Below the pieces are notes generated by a model. It was not told the DNA's origin, did not search any database, and was given only the letters and a program-made list of their open reading frames with translations. Shown one piece after another: positions 21,683-34,673 of a stretch of 64,000 bases of DNA. The number at the start of each line of letters is the position of its first letter. Position 1 is the stretch's first letter. Origin of the DNA: Thecamonas trahens ATCC 50062 (taxonomy: Eukaryota; Protista; Apusomonadida); assembly GCF_000142905.1 (NCBI RefSeq), contig NW_013657636.1:186001-250000 (forward strand), in the 5' to 3' direction. Position numbers and translations under genes: made by a program.

Positions 21683-24408
21683 ATGGCGAGGACCAAACAG
21701 ACAGCACGCGTGAGCAAGAGTAAGAAGAACAAGCGGACAGAAGCTGCCGTGGGACCGGCACCTTCGCCGTCTAGTGGTGCTACCCATCTCCTGCACTCGC
21801 CGTCAAAGACATCATCGCCGTCCAAGATATCATCGCCGTCCAAGACATCATCGCTGTCCAAAACATCGACAACACCGTCAACGTCATCTCCATCATCAGC
21901 TACTACTCCTTCGCAATCTTTCTCAAAGTCATTGTATGCAAACAAGCCATCGATCAGAACGTCGTCGGCCGGCAAGTCGTCGGTCGGCATGGTATCGGCC
22001 GCCTCCTCGCCGATGCCGTCGTACGGATTGGATGAGTTTGGCCGTGGAAAGGAGATGTCAAGAGCGAAGAAGGGTTACGGAAAGTCGGCGCCCATGAGCA
22101 AGCCCATGCCGCCGTCGTCAAAAGGGGGGAAGATGAGCAAGGCTGGAGCGATGACGGGTACTGCCCCGACTCGCAAGACCAAGAGCTCGAGGTTTGGAAA
22201 GAGCTCGCCGTCAGCTCGTGTGGAGACGCCGCTGCCGCCGCCTGGGTCGTCGGCTCTGTTTGCAGGTGGATCAGATGGATCGTCGCGCAAGAAAAGGGCC
22301 GCAAGAAGGTGTCCAAGGCGACCAAGCCCGCCAATGTCTCCAAGAAGCGCCGGAAGAAGGTCTCCAAGAGCAGGCAGCCGATATTCGACTCGGATGCCGA
22401 CTCTGACGACGACATCTTCAACGATGCCGATGGCAACCAAGCTCTCACCGTGATGGGCAGCGCTGGTGCGCGCAACCATCATGCAAGCGTGTTTGCCGAC
22501 GACGACGACGATGTTACATTGACCGAGGTCCTTGTGCATGACGCACAGTCCAAGTCGTCGACGCTGGCGACGCCGACGCCGGTTGCAACCGCCAATGATC
22601 TCATCTTTGGCAACGAGTCGAACGACGACTCGGCGTCGAATGACATCTTCTACGACGCAGGCTCGTCCAACTCTTCATGGGATGATGCGTGGAAGGCGCA
22701 GCAACAACAGCAGCAACAACAGCAACAGGCGGTGTCGCCTGCCTTTGACTTTGGGCCGGAGACGATCTCGATGGACCTGACGGCCGCGCTTCCGACGGCG
22801 ACCCAGACGCTCTCGGTCGGTCTCCCGGTGGCAGCGGGCTCGGGCGGTCCGCAGCAGCAGCTTGACTTTGTCATTCAGTCGCCGTCAGTGGAGATCATTC
22901 CGTGGTCCGAGTTGGAGATCCTCGGCGAGCTTGGAGCAGGCGGGCAGGCATCGGTTGTCCACGCCTCGTGGCGGTTCACCGACGTGGCGGTCAAGGTTGT
23001 TGCCGGCGTCCAGTCCAAGGCACAGGTGGTCATGCTCCTCGAGGAAGTTGCCGTTCTCTGCACGCTCCGTCACACCAACACCATTCTCTGCATGGGCGTG
23101 TGCTCTGAGCCCGAGGCCTCGCGCATCGCCATTGTCACCGAGTACATGGCCGGCGGCGATCTGGCGGGTCTCATCCACCGCCCGCAGACGCCGACGCCGG
23201 TCGAGACCAAGCTCCGCATTCTGTTTGACGCTAACCGCGGCCTGCACTACCTCCACGCCACTGAGGCCGTCCAAGTCCACCGTGACATCAAGCCATCCAA
23301 CATTCTGCTCACTGACCGGCTCGACGCCAAGCTCGCCGACTTTGGCATTTCAGGCACCAAGTCGGCTGCCACCTCGGGTATGCTCACCCACCGCTACGCA
23401 TCACCAGAGATGTTGGCCGGCAAGCCCGCAACCTGGGCCGATGATATGTACGCCATGGGCCTCGTCATGGTCGAGCTCCTCTCCGACGGCGTTCGCCCGT
23501 TTGCCTGGCTCGCTGACGCCCGCCAGCGGACCACCGACAACTACTACGCGCACCCGTACCGCCCGGCTGACGGCAGCGCCCCGGCATCTGACTACGTCCC
23601 GCTCGAGTTCATGTCACCTTGCCTCCCAGACCTGGTGGCAATCATCGCCCGCTGCTTTAGCGAGCCGGCGAGTCGGCCCACAACCGCCGACGTCCTCAAC
23701 TCTCTCAACAAGGCCCGCACCGCCGTCAAGCGCGGCACCCACGTTCCCGACTCGCCACTGATGCGCAAGCGGCACGAGGCCGGCGTGTTTGGCCCGCCTG
23801 CTCCCCAGCCGCAGACTTACCAGCCGCCACAGGCCTACGGTCAGCAGCAGCAGCAGCAGGCCTATCAGCAGCAAGCATCTACATACATGCCCCAGATCCC
23901 GGCCTCACGCATGCAGCAGCCGGCGTACGACATCGCTACCCCCGAGCTTGCTCCCACTAGCAGTTCTGGGCCAGCCCGCCGCTCGGCTGGCCAGCAGTAC
24001 GACGTCCGCAACATGATGATGCCGCCAAGCTACGGCAACCGCAGCGAGACGCTGACCTCGACGACTCAGAGCACAACAGGTGGTGGCTCGGGCACGTACT
24101 CGTCATCGCCGATGCCTCTGCCGGTGTACACCAGCAACTCGACCGCCACCGGCACGTTTGGCTCGTCGTCGGGCACCGCGCCAATGTCGTCCACACCTAC
24201 GCCCGAGGCCCGCGAGCAGCATGAGCGCAGATACTCGATCTCCAGCTCACCCGAGCTGGCTGTCCAGGCTGAAGCGCCACCGGCCAAGATGCAGCTCCGT
24301 CGCCAGACCCGCTCCAAAAAGCGCTCTGCGGGACCGTCGTACCAGCAGGCGCCGCCAACGGCAGCGCCGGCCAAGGTGTCGTCGCGCCGGCGCAAGTCCA
24401 AGTACTGA
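21683..24408 (+). CDS. TKL-type protein kinase, probably with a long S/K-rich N-terminus starting with a histone H3-like sequence; frame break near 22290
   Basis: GAGGQASV, VAVK, HRDIKPSN, DFG and YASPE in ORF 22309..24408. The upstream ORF 21683..22453 begins MARTKQTAR; joining the two is inferred. Confidence 0.85.
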
Positions 24409-24467
24409 AGATGGAGGATACAGGGTACATGTGTATTTGGAGGGAGGAGAATGAAGGCGTAGCTGGA

Positions 24468-27400
24468 CTACACAAAGCTCACGTTCCAGATCTTGACAAG
24501 GCGGTCAGACGAGGCGGTGATAAAGTGGGCCTCGCCAAAGCCAGCGACGGCGTTGATGGCGTCGGCGTGGGCGCCGCGGATGCCGCCGGCCGACTCTTCG
24601 GCCTCGATGTCCCAAAACTGGATGCAGCCGTCGCGGTCGACCGAGTGGAGGACGCCGTCGGCGACAAACATGCCCATGACGCCCGCCGTGTGCGACGAGA
24701 TGATCCGCGAGGTGATGCCCGAGTTTGTGCCACCGGTGCGGAACGAGGAGATGCCGCGCCATTGCTTGATGTTTGACGACTTGGAGCCCGAGTAGAGCGT
24801 GCCATCGTGGAGGCAGAGCGCCGAGACGCCGTCGTAGTGCGGCGGCTGGAGCGTGGCAAACGAGGGCTTGCTGCTGATGACGACGACGACGACGCCAGAT
24901 CAAAGATGCCCACATGGTGGTCGCGGAAGCCGGCAACGAGATACCCGTCGTCCGACGCGGTGGCCATGGAAAAGACCGAGCTCTGTCGCCCGCGAAGTGA
25001 AGGCAGCGACTTGAAAGAGCCCATGTTACGGATGTCGAATCGCTTGATGGCGCCGTTGCCGAGTGCCGCGTACAGGGTGTAGCCTGCCATGGTGAGAGCG
25101 GTGACTTCGGAGCCGGTCGAAATCGACGCGGTGCATGGGTACTGCTGCGACGCGTCCCAAACGCGAACCGTCTTGTCGCGGCCGCCCGAGAAGACGCCGC
25201 TCGGCGCCACATGAAGCGCCTCAACTGCGCTGGTGTGTCCGTGGAGCGATTCGACGCACTTGCCGGCCTCGACGTCCCACATCTTGATCAGCTTGTCCTG
25301 TGCGCCCGAGTACGCAATGTCGAAGCCCTTGGACGCCGCCACGGCATACACCGCCCCGGCGTGTCCGCGCAGTGTGGCCAAGCACGCCGACGTGGCCATC
25401 TCATCGGGCTGGACCTTGGGCTTGGACCGCAGGCGCGAGGCGCGCGACTCGGCGCCCCCGGTGCGGCCCGAGACCTCGCCCGGCCGAGAGCGGGCGTCGC
25501 GGCGACGGGCATGTGCAGCAGCATACGAGCCGCGAGCGGGCTCGTCCGCCGCTGGAGGCTCCGACTCGGGCACCGACGACGACGCTTCGGACGACGACGA
25601 CGCCTCGGACGACGATGATGCGACCGACGACGCCGAGGTGTTGGCTGTCGCTGGGGAGGCGACACTGTCGCCGCGCTTGACCGGCGAGACGTAGCGCGAG
25701 GAGCGGGCGACCGGCTCGGCGCCTGACGACGCAATCTGCGACTCGAGGTCCTCGACTCGAGCGGAGAGCTTGAGGTTCTCGGTCTTGACCTGCTGCAGCA
25801 CAACGCGGCGGAAGGAGGCCGTGGCGAGCAGATCCTCGACGTTCTGTTTGTGGCGGGTGACGGCGGCCTTGAGATCGGCGTTGTGCGACTGCAAGATGGT
25901 CAAGTGCTCGGCCTTGAGCGAGAGCAGGGCCTTGAGCTTGTTCTCGCGCACAACGCACTCGGCGTGGTCGCCCGAGATAGTTGCCGCCGCTTCCGCGCTA
26001 GCATCCGAGTCAGCATCAGATTGCGCGTCGGCGCCTGATGCGGTCACCTTTGTCAGCCACTCGTCGTCCTTGACCTTTTCGAGGAGGAACAGGACCTTGT
26101 CCTCGTGCTCCGACTGGAGCCGGACGAGATCGGCCTCACGGGCGGCGGCGGCTGAGTTAGCGACCTCGAGCATGCGCTCTTTGTCCTCGATGGAGGCGTT
26201 GGCCACAGCAAGCTTGTCGGCTTGGGAAGCCAGCTCGATGCGGGCAATAACAATCTCGGAAATGGCGTGCTCAAGGGCAGCGCGGCACTCGTGGCCAGAG
26301 AGGCGCTCAATGCGGCGGACAAGCTTCTCGTCGAGGTCGGCGTCAAAGAACTCGGCAAGCTCGCTAGCCGGACGGAACTTGGCGTCGGCGACGGCGCGCT
26401 GGGCGGCTTCGAGCTCGGAGGCACCAAACGCAAGCTTGGCCTCGAGCGACTCGACCTCCTCGAGGACGGTAGCAAGCTCCTGCTTGAGCTCGGCGTTGGA
26501 GGTTGATGCGTCCTGAAGGTCGGCGTAGAGGCCATCCGACGAGAGGTTGGCATCCTCAAGCTCGCCGAGCTGGGCCTCGAGTTCGGAGCGGGTAGCATGC
26601 AGGGCCTCAAGCTCCGCGACGAGCTCGGCACGGCAGGCAAGGGCGTTGTCGAGCTTGCGGACGGCAAGACCGTGGTCAACGTGGGCCTGGAACTGGGTCT
26701 CAAAGTAGTTCTTGATGGCGGAGAGCTTGGCCTTGGTCGACTTGGGCATGCCGCGAATGTTGTTCTGACCCCATGCTGGCTTCGCGGCAGCCGCGCCGGA
26801 GACCTTGCGCTTTGCGGCGGCGACGGCGCGGGCCTTGGCCTCGTTGGACTTGACCTGGGCCTTGAACGCGGTGAGCTCCTCCATCTTGCGGCGGGCGACC
26901 GCCTTGGACTGAACGAGGGCGCGCTCCTGCTTGCGGAGACGGGCCTCGTCCTTGCGCTTCTGTGCCTGGAGCTGGGCGACCTTGCGAGCCTGCTCGGCCT
27001 TCCACTGGGCGTGCTTCTTGGCGGCGTCGCGCTGCTTGCGAAGAAGCGTGATGCGGGCGCGCTTCATCTCGTCGATCGACGACTGGAGAGCTTCAAAGCG
27101 TGAGGCCTCCTTGGCACGGAGCCGCTGGATGCGCTCGAGCTCAACCTTGTGCTCCTGCAGCGACTTGAGCTGCTTGTTGAGCTTGCGGAGACGGCCCTCA
27201 TACGACTTGCGAACCTGGACCGAGCCCGTCTTGGTGCCGGTCTTCATGGCTGAGAGCTCGGCCTCGATGGCGGCCTTGTCGGCCTCGATGGTGGCGATGT
27301 CCGACTGGAGCGAGGCGAGCTTGGACTCGTAGTCCTCCTTCATCTCGTTGAGCGCCTTCTTGGACTCAACAATCTTGGCGAGAAGCTCCTCCTTGAGCGA

Positions 27401-29268
27401 GATGTTGCGATCCAGGTGGGCAACCTTGGCGGCAACCTTGTCCTGGGCGGCAGCAAAGGTGTTCTCAGAGGCCACGGTCTCAGATTCGAGCTGGGCCAGC
27501 TGGGCGGCGGCAGCGGCGGCGGCGGCGACGGCGGCGGCCGACGCGTCGTCGAGGAGGGCGCCCGGAGCAGCATCATCGTCGAGCTCTTCGTCATCGAGTG
27601 CAAACGAAGAAGCCGAGTCGGAAGCGTCCAGCTCGGGCGAGGACGCACGCGATGCGAGCTGCGCCTTGAGCGAAGCGATGGTCTCGAGATAACCCTGGAT
27701 AGTGGCAGCAGCGGCCGGGCCCTCAGTCTGTGGGGCGAGGCCGGCGTCGGCAAGTTGGTGGGCGTAAGCGTCGCGCTCGGCGGTGACCTTGAGCAGCGAG
27801 TCTGTGAGCGACTTGACCTTGGCCTGGAGCTTGCCGTATGCCGACTGGAGGACCTCGTTCTCCATCTGAAGCTTGAGAACGTTGTCGGAGGGAAGGGCGG
27901 GCGCGGGAGGCAGGGCATCACCGCCGGACGTTCGCGCCGCGGCAAGCTCGAGCTGCAGCTGCTTGATGTGGGCTTTGAGCGACGAGAGCTGGGCCGAGTT
28001 GAGGTCAAGGTTGACGATGGGCTTGTTCTTGATCTTGCGAGCACGGTCAGCGTAGCGGAGGGTGTTGAGCGTCTCCTCAAAGTTGATGTCTGCCGGCGAG
28101 ACGCAAGCAATCATGAGTGTCCGTGAGTTGCCGCCAAGCGAGTCCTGGAGAAGACGGGTGAGCTTGGAGTCGCGGTAGGGAATGTGGCGGGCCTTGCGCT
28201 TAGGGTCACCGAGGGCGGAGATGACGTTGCCGAGAGCAAGGAGACCACAGTTGATGTTGATGCCCTCTTTGAGGCGGTCGCCGACAGCCTTGGTCCGCTT
28301 GAGGCGCTCAGAGCCGGCGAGATCGACAAAGTGGAACTTGGAGACGAGGCGGCCGGCTCCCGACGCCGGACTCTGCTCAAGGATGAGCGAGAAGATGGCG
28401 TGCGAGCGCGACGACTCAGAGTTCATGAGCGTCGATGCAGTGGTCCGGGAGATGGAGCCACGCTCGAGCTTGTCAAGCAGGTCGTCGGCCGAGTTGACGG
28501 CGAGCTCGGTGATGCCGGCGACAGTGATGGCGCCGTCGGCCTCGCGGATGGCAAGCGAATTGGTCTTGGTCGAGACCGCCGGGTTGAAGAGGTCGACGAT
28601 GTTCTCGTTGTGAATCTCGAGGAACGAGACCCGCATCGAGTAGGCCGAGTCGGCCGAGCCTTCTGCGATGCGGGTGTACATGGCGCGGATGACCCGCGGG
28701 ATGACGCCGAGCTGGGCAGCGGCGAGCGAAGCGTTCGAGCCCGAGCCCATGGTGTACGTCTTGCCCGAGCCAGTCTGGCCGTAAGCGAGAACGGTGGCGT
28801 TGTAACCGTCAAAAAAGGCGTCAATGAGCGGCGAGACAGCATCGGTGTAGAGCGCGGCCTGGTTGGCAGCCGGATCAAAGACGTAGTCGTAGGTAAAGCT
28901 CCGCTGACCGCCGAGCACCAGCTGCGCCGAGCCGGGCACAAACTCGATGCACTCACGAGCGCGGACGGTGTTTTCCTTGGGCAGCAGCGGGCGGACGCGA
29001 ACAGCGACCCGGACCGACATCTTGTCCTCGTCATCGTCGTCATGGTCGCCTGCGGCGGCGGCAGCAGCACCAGCCGGTGTGGCAGCAGGAGCGGGAGCGG
29101 GGCCAGGGGTCGGGACCTGGACCGAGCTCTTGTTTCCGAGTTGGGCATAGTCTCGTCAGGAGAGGGGATGGCAACCTCAGAGTCCTTGGTCATCAGCGCT
29201 GCTACCTGTGTGCCCTCAGTAGCCGTGGCGAGCGTGTTCTGCACCTCGCCCAGCGGGGTGGTCGACAT
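24468..29268 (-). CDS. KIF21: Kinesin-4, KIF21-like (motor, coiled coil, WD40); frame breaks near 29137 and 24885
   Basis: VRVAVRVRP, GQTGSGKT, SSRSHAIF, FVDLAGSER, HIPYRDSKLTRLL. WD40 repeats including QPPHYDGVSAL, the KIF21 motif, which lies in a shifted frame. Confidence 0.93.
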
Positions 29269-29560
29269 GGCGCGCGGAATGCAAAAGTTTGAATGAAACT
29301 TTGGGCGGCGAACAGTCGAGTGTTGCCAGGCGAGGTGGGCGGCAAGGGGAATGATGAAATGAACGAGAAATAATTGTGTGAGAGGGGGCCATGATAAAAT
29401 GAACGTGAAATAATTGTAGGCACGGGGTGGCGGGTGGCTTGGGTTCTGTCCGTTGACGGGCAGAGTTGAGCACCGAGACGAAGCGATGGAGAGCAATGAC
29501 GGGCCGTACCGCTCTTCAGTATCTGCAAGCGAGAGATTGTGTAGGAAAGGAGGAAGCGAT

Positions 29561-30683
29561 ATGGGTCTGTTTGGTGGAGGCAAGGGCAAGAAGAAACGGA
29601 GGAAGCGGCGGGCAGTTGCTGGTGACGACAGGCCTGAGGAGAGTCAGGCGGTGATGACAGCGGGGCAGGCGGATGATGGAGCCGAGGCCATGGCACTGAG
29701 GGCAAAGGTGGCGGCGCTTGAGGCTGAGGCGGCTTCTGCTAGGGCCGAGCTGGAAAAGGCGCGTGCTGAGATGGCGGCGAGTAAGGCGGCGGCGCAGAGC
29801 AGAACGCTCCTCGCTCAAGCAGCTCGAGGCGCGGACCAAGGCGCGGGTCCAGATCCGCGGGCGCGGGTCCGAGAAGGACGGAAAGCGGGTGCTCTCGCAG
29901 GGCTCAACCGAGAAGCTCCACGCAGTCATCACGGCTTCGACTGAGGACGAGTCGCACGCGCACAAGCTGCGCAACGAGCTCGTGCTCGCCAACATCCGGA
30001 CCGAGACCGTGGCCAAGCGGATGGAGGCTGAGCTCGAACATGTGCGGTCAATGGTCGATGCGGCGCCCGGCGCCCGCGAGCGTGCCATCAAGGGCTTACA
30101 AGCCACACTGGATGCTACGTTGCGGGCTCTGTACGATGCGCAGGATGTGGCGGCGGCGTCAGATGCCGCTGCGCGCACCCTCTCCACAGAGTCGGCGCTC
30201 ATCATCGACGCCTTTGTCTCGTATGTCGAGGCTTGCGAGGTCGGCATTGCAGTGAGTGCACCCGACCCGCAAGCAGAACCCATCGCATACATTCAGTACT
30301 GGCGAGCACGAACGGTGGAGATCGTCAATGCGCATGCGGCGCAGCTCGCGCTCGACGGCCGGGTCCCATTCGACAACGCAATGGTCGACTACGAGCCTCC
30401 TCCAGCTGCCGGCGCCGCCGCTCGCGACCGTCCTCCGCCACGCTATGACGCTGGTGCCATGGCCCGTGCCCGCGCCGATCAGCTTCTGGCTGCCGCCAAA
30501 TCCTCGATTCGCGGACAGAGCCCAATCATCCAGCCGCGGTATGCCGGCCCGGCGTACATCGGAATTGCCACGCCTCCGCCCAAGCCGTCCACACTTCCTA
30601 CCCCTGCGCCCGCCACTCGTCATCGACGCGAGCAGAGTGCGACCTCGTACGGATCGATCGGATCGTCGTACAGCTGTCGTTGA
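29561..30683 (+). CDS. Coiled-coil protein with myristoylation/polybasic N-terminus, interrupted by a 142-bp SF1-derived insert (29806-29947)
   Basis: Starts MGLFGGGKGKKKRRKRR. Removing the insert restores one ORF (AAQSRT|ESHAHKLRNE). Confidence 0.7.
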
Positions 30684-30983
30684 TTGGCGTGATCTGATAG
30701 CTAGCTGGAATTGCTCGTCTGTTGGCAAAAGCAAGCGATGAACGGTATGCCATGGTAACCGATCACGTTCCGTCCTGCAGGACAGCCGCCGACCTCCAGG
30801 CCTGCGCAATAATGCGCGTCCTCCCGAGCAAACTCATGGTGTGACAAGTGGCACGTCGACTCCCCGCCACCCGGAGGTTGCCCCCCGCGTCTCGAGGCAC
30901 TTGTCTCACCTCCCCTCCCCCCCCCCCCCCCCTCCCCCCCCTCCCCCGTCCTCTTCTTCGAACGACGCACCCCCTCCCGCCTC

Positions 30984-33067
30984 ATGAGCGCTCCTCCCAC
31001 GGCCCAAGACGTTGTGCTCGCGGCGCTTGCGGCGAAGGGCGCCCCGGACGGGGTGGACGGTGGGGTGTGGCTTGCATGTGCGCGCGAGGCTCTGGCAGAA
31101 CTGTCCGAGTACCCGGTGGACGTCCTTGCCATCTTTACGGTCGGAAGGGTACAATTGAAGGTGGCCGAGGCCACAGCCGAGGCCAAGGCCGAGGCGGAGC
31201 GGGCGGCACGCGAAGAGGCCGAGGCGGCACGCGAAGAGGCCGAGGCGGAGCGGGTGGCACGCGAGGAGGCCGAGGCGGCACGCGAGGAGGCCGAGGCGGC
31301 ACGCGAGGAAGGCGACGCCAAGGCCAGAGCGCACGTGGCGTTTCTCATGGGCAAGATCCCCGATTTCCGCACTTTGCCGAGCTGATCGAGTGGGTCCGGC
31401 TTGTCCGGGCGTTCCAGGTGAGCGAGCGCGGCGGCGAAGCAGGGTCACCTCCGCGCACAACACGTGCTTCCGTTCAAGTCGGCTCGCACCAGAAAGACTC
31501 GGCACCGTCGAGCTCGTCCATGTCGGCCGTCTCTCGCATGAATGGCTTTCAGCTCACGCGACGACACGCATACACGTGGTCGTTGTGGAAGCTGGACTAC
31601 GCCACTGCATTTGAATCGCTGCTGGGCGAGGCTGGGGTCAACACTGTCGAGGCCAGGGCTGCCGTCGAGGCGTGGCGGGAGTGCGCTCGGCTCGTCCATG
31701 ACTTTTGGCGGGACATTAGCGAGGTCAAGCAAGTCCAGCCGCTGTTCTACGCTTGGCTCTCGTGCGTGCTCCGCCGTGTGTTCGACGGCACGGCTGAGCA
31801 AGTGTCCACCGAGCAGTCGCTTCACGTCGAGGTCCCCGTGTACACCAACGAGGCGTGGGCGCAGCTTCCGCGCGATGGGGCCACGGCCGACGACGAGAAG
31901 GACAAGCACGTGCCGCGCTGCGGGAAGGTGGACGTGGCGGTGAGTGCGGCGGGTGGCTCGGAGACGGTGGTCGTCATCGAACTCAAGGCGCCGAGCGACC
32001 CAAAGTGGGAGGGCGGGCGGCGCTGCGCGGCCAAGGGGCAGGTCATTGTGGAGGCGGCCGCAGCACTCGCGGCGCGGAGTGCAGACGCGTGTGGAGAGAC
32101 GCCGATGTTTGGGATTCTCACGGACATGCGGTTCCGGCTGAACGCCCTGGCGTTCTACCCAGCCTCGCCGTGCACGTGGGTGCGGCAAGGCGGCGACGAT
32201 CACGAGAACGAGGACACGGATGGGTACCCGCCGTGGACGTTTGCCATGACGGAGACTTCTACGGCAGTGGATGGCAACAGCAGCGAGAGCTCCGCCGCGG
32301 GATCATCGGCAGACAACGCCGCCGAGGCGTGGGATGGCGCCCGGGCCAAGCGGTCTGGCATGGTTGCTCTCGTTGTGCTGGGCCTCGCCCTGTGCCCGGA
32401 TTGGGACGCGGACGGTGCTCGCAACCGCGTGGCTGACGTGGTGGCGGGCGAGGTGGAGAAGTTTGTGGAGAAAACCGAGGCAGTGCTCAGTCTGTCAGAG
32501 ACGCCCGACCTGGATGGAAGCGGACTCGGGGACGACGAGTCGTCTCGGGATGGCAGCGGTGGTGGTGGCGCTGCTGATGGCGACGCAAGCGACGCAGATG
32601 GAGCCTCGGGTGGGGCACCCGACTCGGAGCGGGGCTCGAGCAAGGGCCGTGGGGGTAGAGTGGCTCGAAGCAGAGCGAGAGCAAGTCGAGTGACAACCCG
32701 AGCGAGGCGCGCGTGTATGTCGACCAATATGCGCTCAGGAACATTCCACTCGCTCTACCTCTCGCCGATCGTGTCGCGGCGTGGGCCAAGCTCGCGTGCG
32801 CCGCCCCGTCCCCCACACCCAGGCCCCCCGTCTCCCGCTCGGCATCCTTCCCGTCAACATCCCGCAACCGCCGTAGAGCGTGTCAGTGTGTGGCAATGGT
32901 CTGTCGACGGTCCAGCTGGAAAGCGCCCTTCTCCCCGCTGCATACTCCGGACACGCGCGGACACGCGTCGCCGCCGCCGCCATCTGGGCGCCGACGAGGT
33001 GCGTGCCGGCGGCGAACACAAGACCCAGGTCGGCGCTCCTCGGACGCAACGCCCCGCGTGCGTGTAA
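30984..33067 (+). CDS. Crinkler-like protein with EAEAARE coiled-coil repeats and a PD-(D/E)xK nuclease-like domain; frame break near 31365; 3' end uncertain
   Basis: GKVDVAV...VVIELKAP...KGQVIVEA...MFGILTD, the restriction-endonuclease-fold motifs typical of CRN-type REase domains. Confidence 0.65.
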
Positions 33068-33090
33068 ATCAAATTGATGATGTAGACTAG

Positions 33091-34398
33091 AGGGTCCACG
33101 CACGGAGTGGCGGGAGCGGAGGAGGAGGGGGAGGAGGCGGAGGCGGCGGTGGACACGGAGGAGGCGGTGGGCATGGTGCTGGGGCCGGAAGTGGACAGAA
33201 CAGTGGCTACAACCACCATGGCTATGGTCAACATGGAAGCGGACAAGCCCGCGGAGATCGTGGCGGAAGTCGATGGGGAGACCGAGGTGGCGACCGTCGA
33301 GGTGGTGATCGTGGAGGCGATCGTGGCGGTGGCTATGGCGATCGTGGTGGTGGATATGGCGATCGTCGTGGCGGTGGGTATGGTGGTGGCGGCGGAGGTG
33401 GCGGTGGCCGGCGGCAGGCTGTGTTGCCGTCGAATATGACACCAAAGCAGCAGGAGTTTGTGGCCATGCAGCAGCGACTGGAGGACATCAACCGGAGCTT
33501 GCTGACGGGTGAGTACGCGCGGCGGCCGCCGTCTTCACGATCACCGTCGCCGCCGCCGCAGTACGACTCGTTCGGAAAGCGGACAAACACCCGCGAGATC
33601 CGTCGCCGTTCCAAGCTCGAGACCGAGCGGGCAGAGCTTGTGGAGAGGATGCGGCGGAACAACCCGCGGTGGCGGCCGCCACCGGGCTTGAGCGGTGGTG
33701 GGCGGCGCAACTATGTGACCAAGGTCTATTTCCCGGTTGACGAGTACCCTGACTTTAACTTTCTGGGCCACGTCATCGGTCCGCGCGGCTCCTCGCTCAA
33801 GCAGCTCGAGGCGCGGACCAAGGCGCGGGTCCAGATCCGCGGGCGCGGGTCCGAGAAGGACGGAAAGCGGGTGCTCTCGCAGGGCTCAACCGAGAAGCTC
33901 CACGCAGTCATCACGGCTTCGACTGAGGAGGCAATGCACGCCGCCAAGGCCGAGATCGAGAAGCTGTGCAACGTCGTGCCCGAGGAGGAGAACGAGCACA
34001 AGCGGCAGCAGCTCATGCTCCTGGCCCAGCTCAACGGCACCCTCACCGGCACCGAGTTCCGCATTGGCCGTGCCATCACCATGCCCAAGTTCAAGGCCAT
34101 CGGCTTCAAGCCCAAGCTCCACGCCTCGGACGCACAGGTCTCGCTCGACAAAAAGCTGGCCCTCCTCGGCATCGACGACAACCTCATTTCCTCCTACAAG
34201 TCGTTCATGACCAAGGTCGGCCTCGCGCCCAAGGATCTCTCACCAGACCCTCCCGAGCGGCTAGCCGAGCTGGAGAAGCTCCGCGCCGAGGCCGCCGCTA
34301 CTGCCGCCGCCGAGCGTGCCGCCCCGCCCAAGCCGGCTCCTGCACCTGCACCAGCCACCAACGACGACAAGCTTGCCGCCTTTCTCTCCACAGTCTGA
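33091..34398 (+). CDS. SF1: Splicing factor 1 / branchpoint-binding protein (KH-QUA2) with a Gly/RGG-rich N-terminal region; first exon not resolved
   Basis: RSPSPPPQYDSFGKRTNTRE, YPDFNFLGHVIGPRG, IRGRGS, HKRQQLMLLAQLNGTL. The frame is open back to the TAG at 33088-33090. Confidence 0.93.
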   Translation, partial: RVHARSGGSGGGGGGGGGGGGHGGGGGHGAGAGSGQNSGYNHHGYGQHGSGQARGDRGGSRWGDRGGDRRGGDRGGDRGGGYGDRGGGYGDRRGGGYGGGGGGGGGRRQAVLPSNMTPKQQEFVAMQQRLEDINRSLLTGEYARRPPSSRSPSPPPQYDSFGKRTNTREIRRRSKLETERAELVERMRRNNPRWRPPPGLSGGGRRNYVTKVYFPVDEYPDFNFLGHVIGPRGSSLKQLEARTKARVQIRGRGSEKDGKRVLSQGSTEKLHAVITASTEEAMHAAKAEIEKLCNVVPEEENEHKRQQLMLLAQLNGTLTGTEFRIGRAITMPKFKAIGFKPKLHASDAQVSLDKKLALLGIDDNLISSYKSFMTKVGLAPKDLSPDPPERLAELEKLRAEAAATAAAERAAPPKPAPAPAPATNDDKLAAFLSTV

Positions 34399-34673
34399 TC
34401 GCATCGCTCTCTGGTCGCTGGCAGTAAACGCGCTACCCCTTCCCAGCCTTCTCTCTCTATCCATTGCACATTCTCCCTCCCCCCTCCCCCCTCCCACGTC
34501 CTCCGTCGCATTTGCAAGCCAATCCACGTGTCCGCCTCTCCGACGACATCCGAACCTTCCGTCGAACCAATGGTGAAAAAAGAGGCTTGTTTTTAGTGGC
34601 ACGAAACTCGCACGAGGCACCAACAACTACTAACTCTCCACCATCTCTCTCTCCCACCGTCTGCGCCTCCACC

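Noticed and set aside
21683-21730. Histone H3 or CENP-A gene
   Set aside because: Only the first 8 residues match and no histone fold follows.
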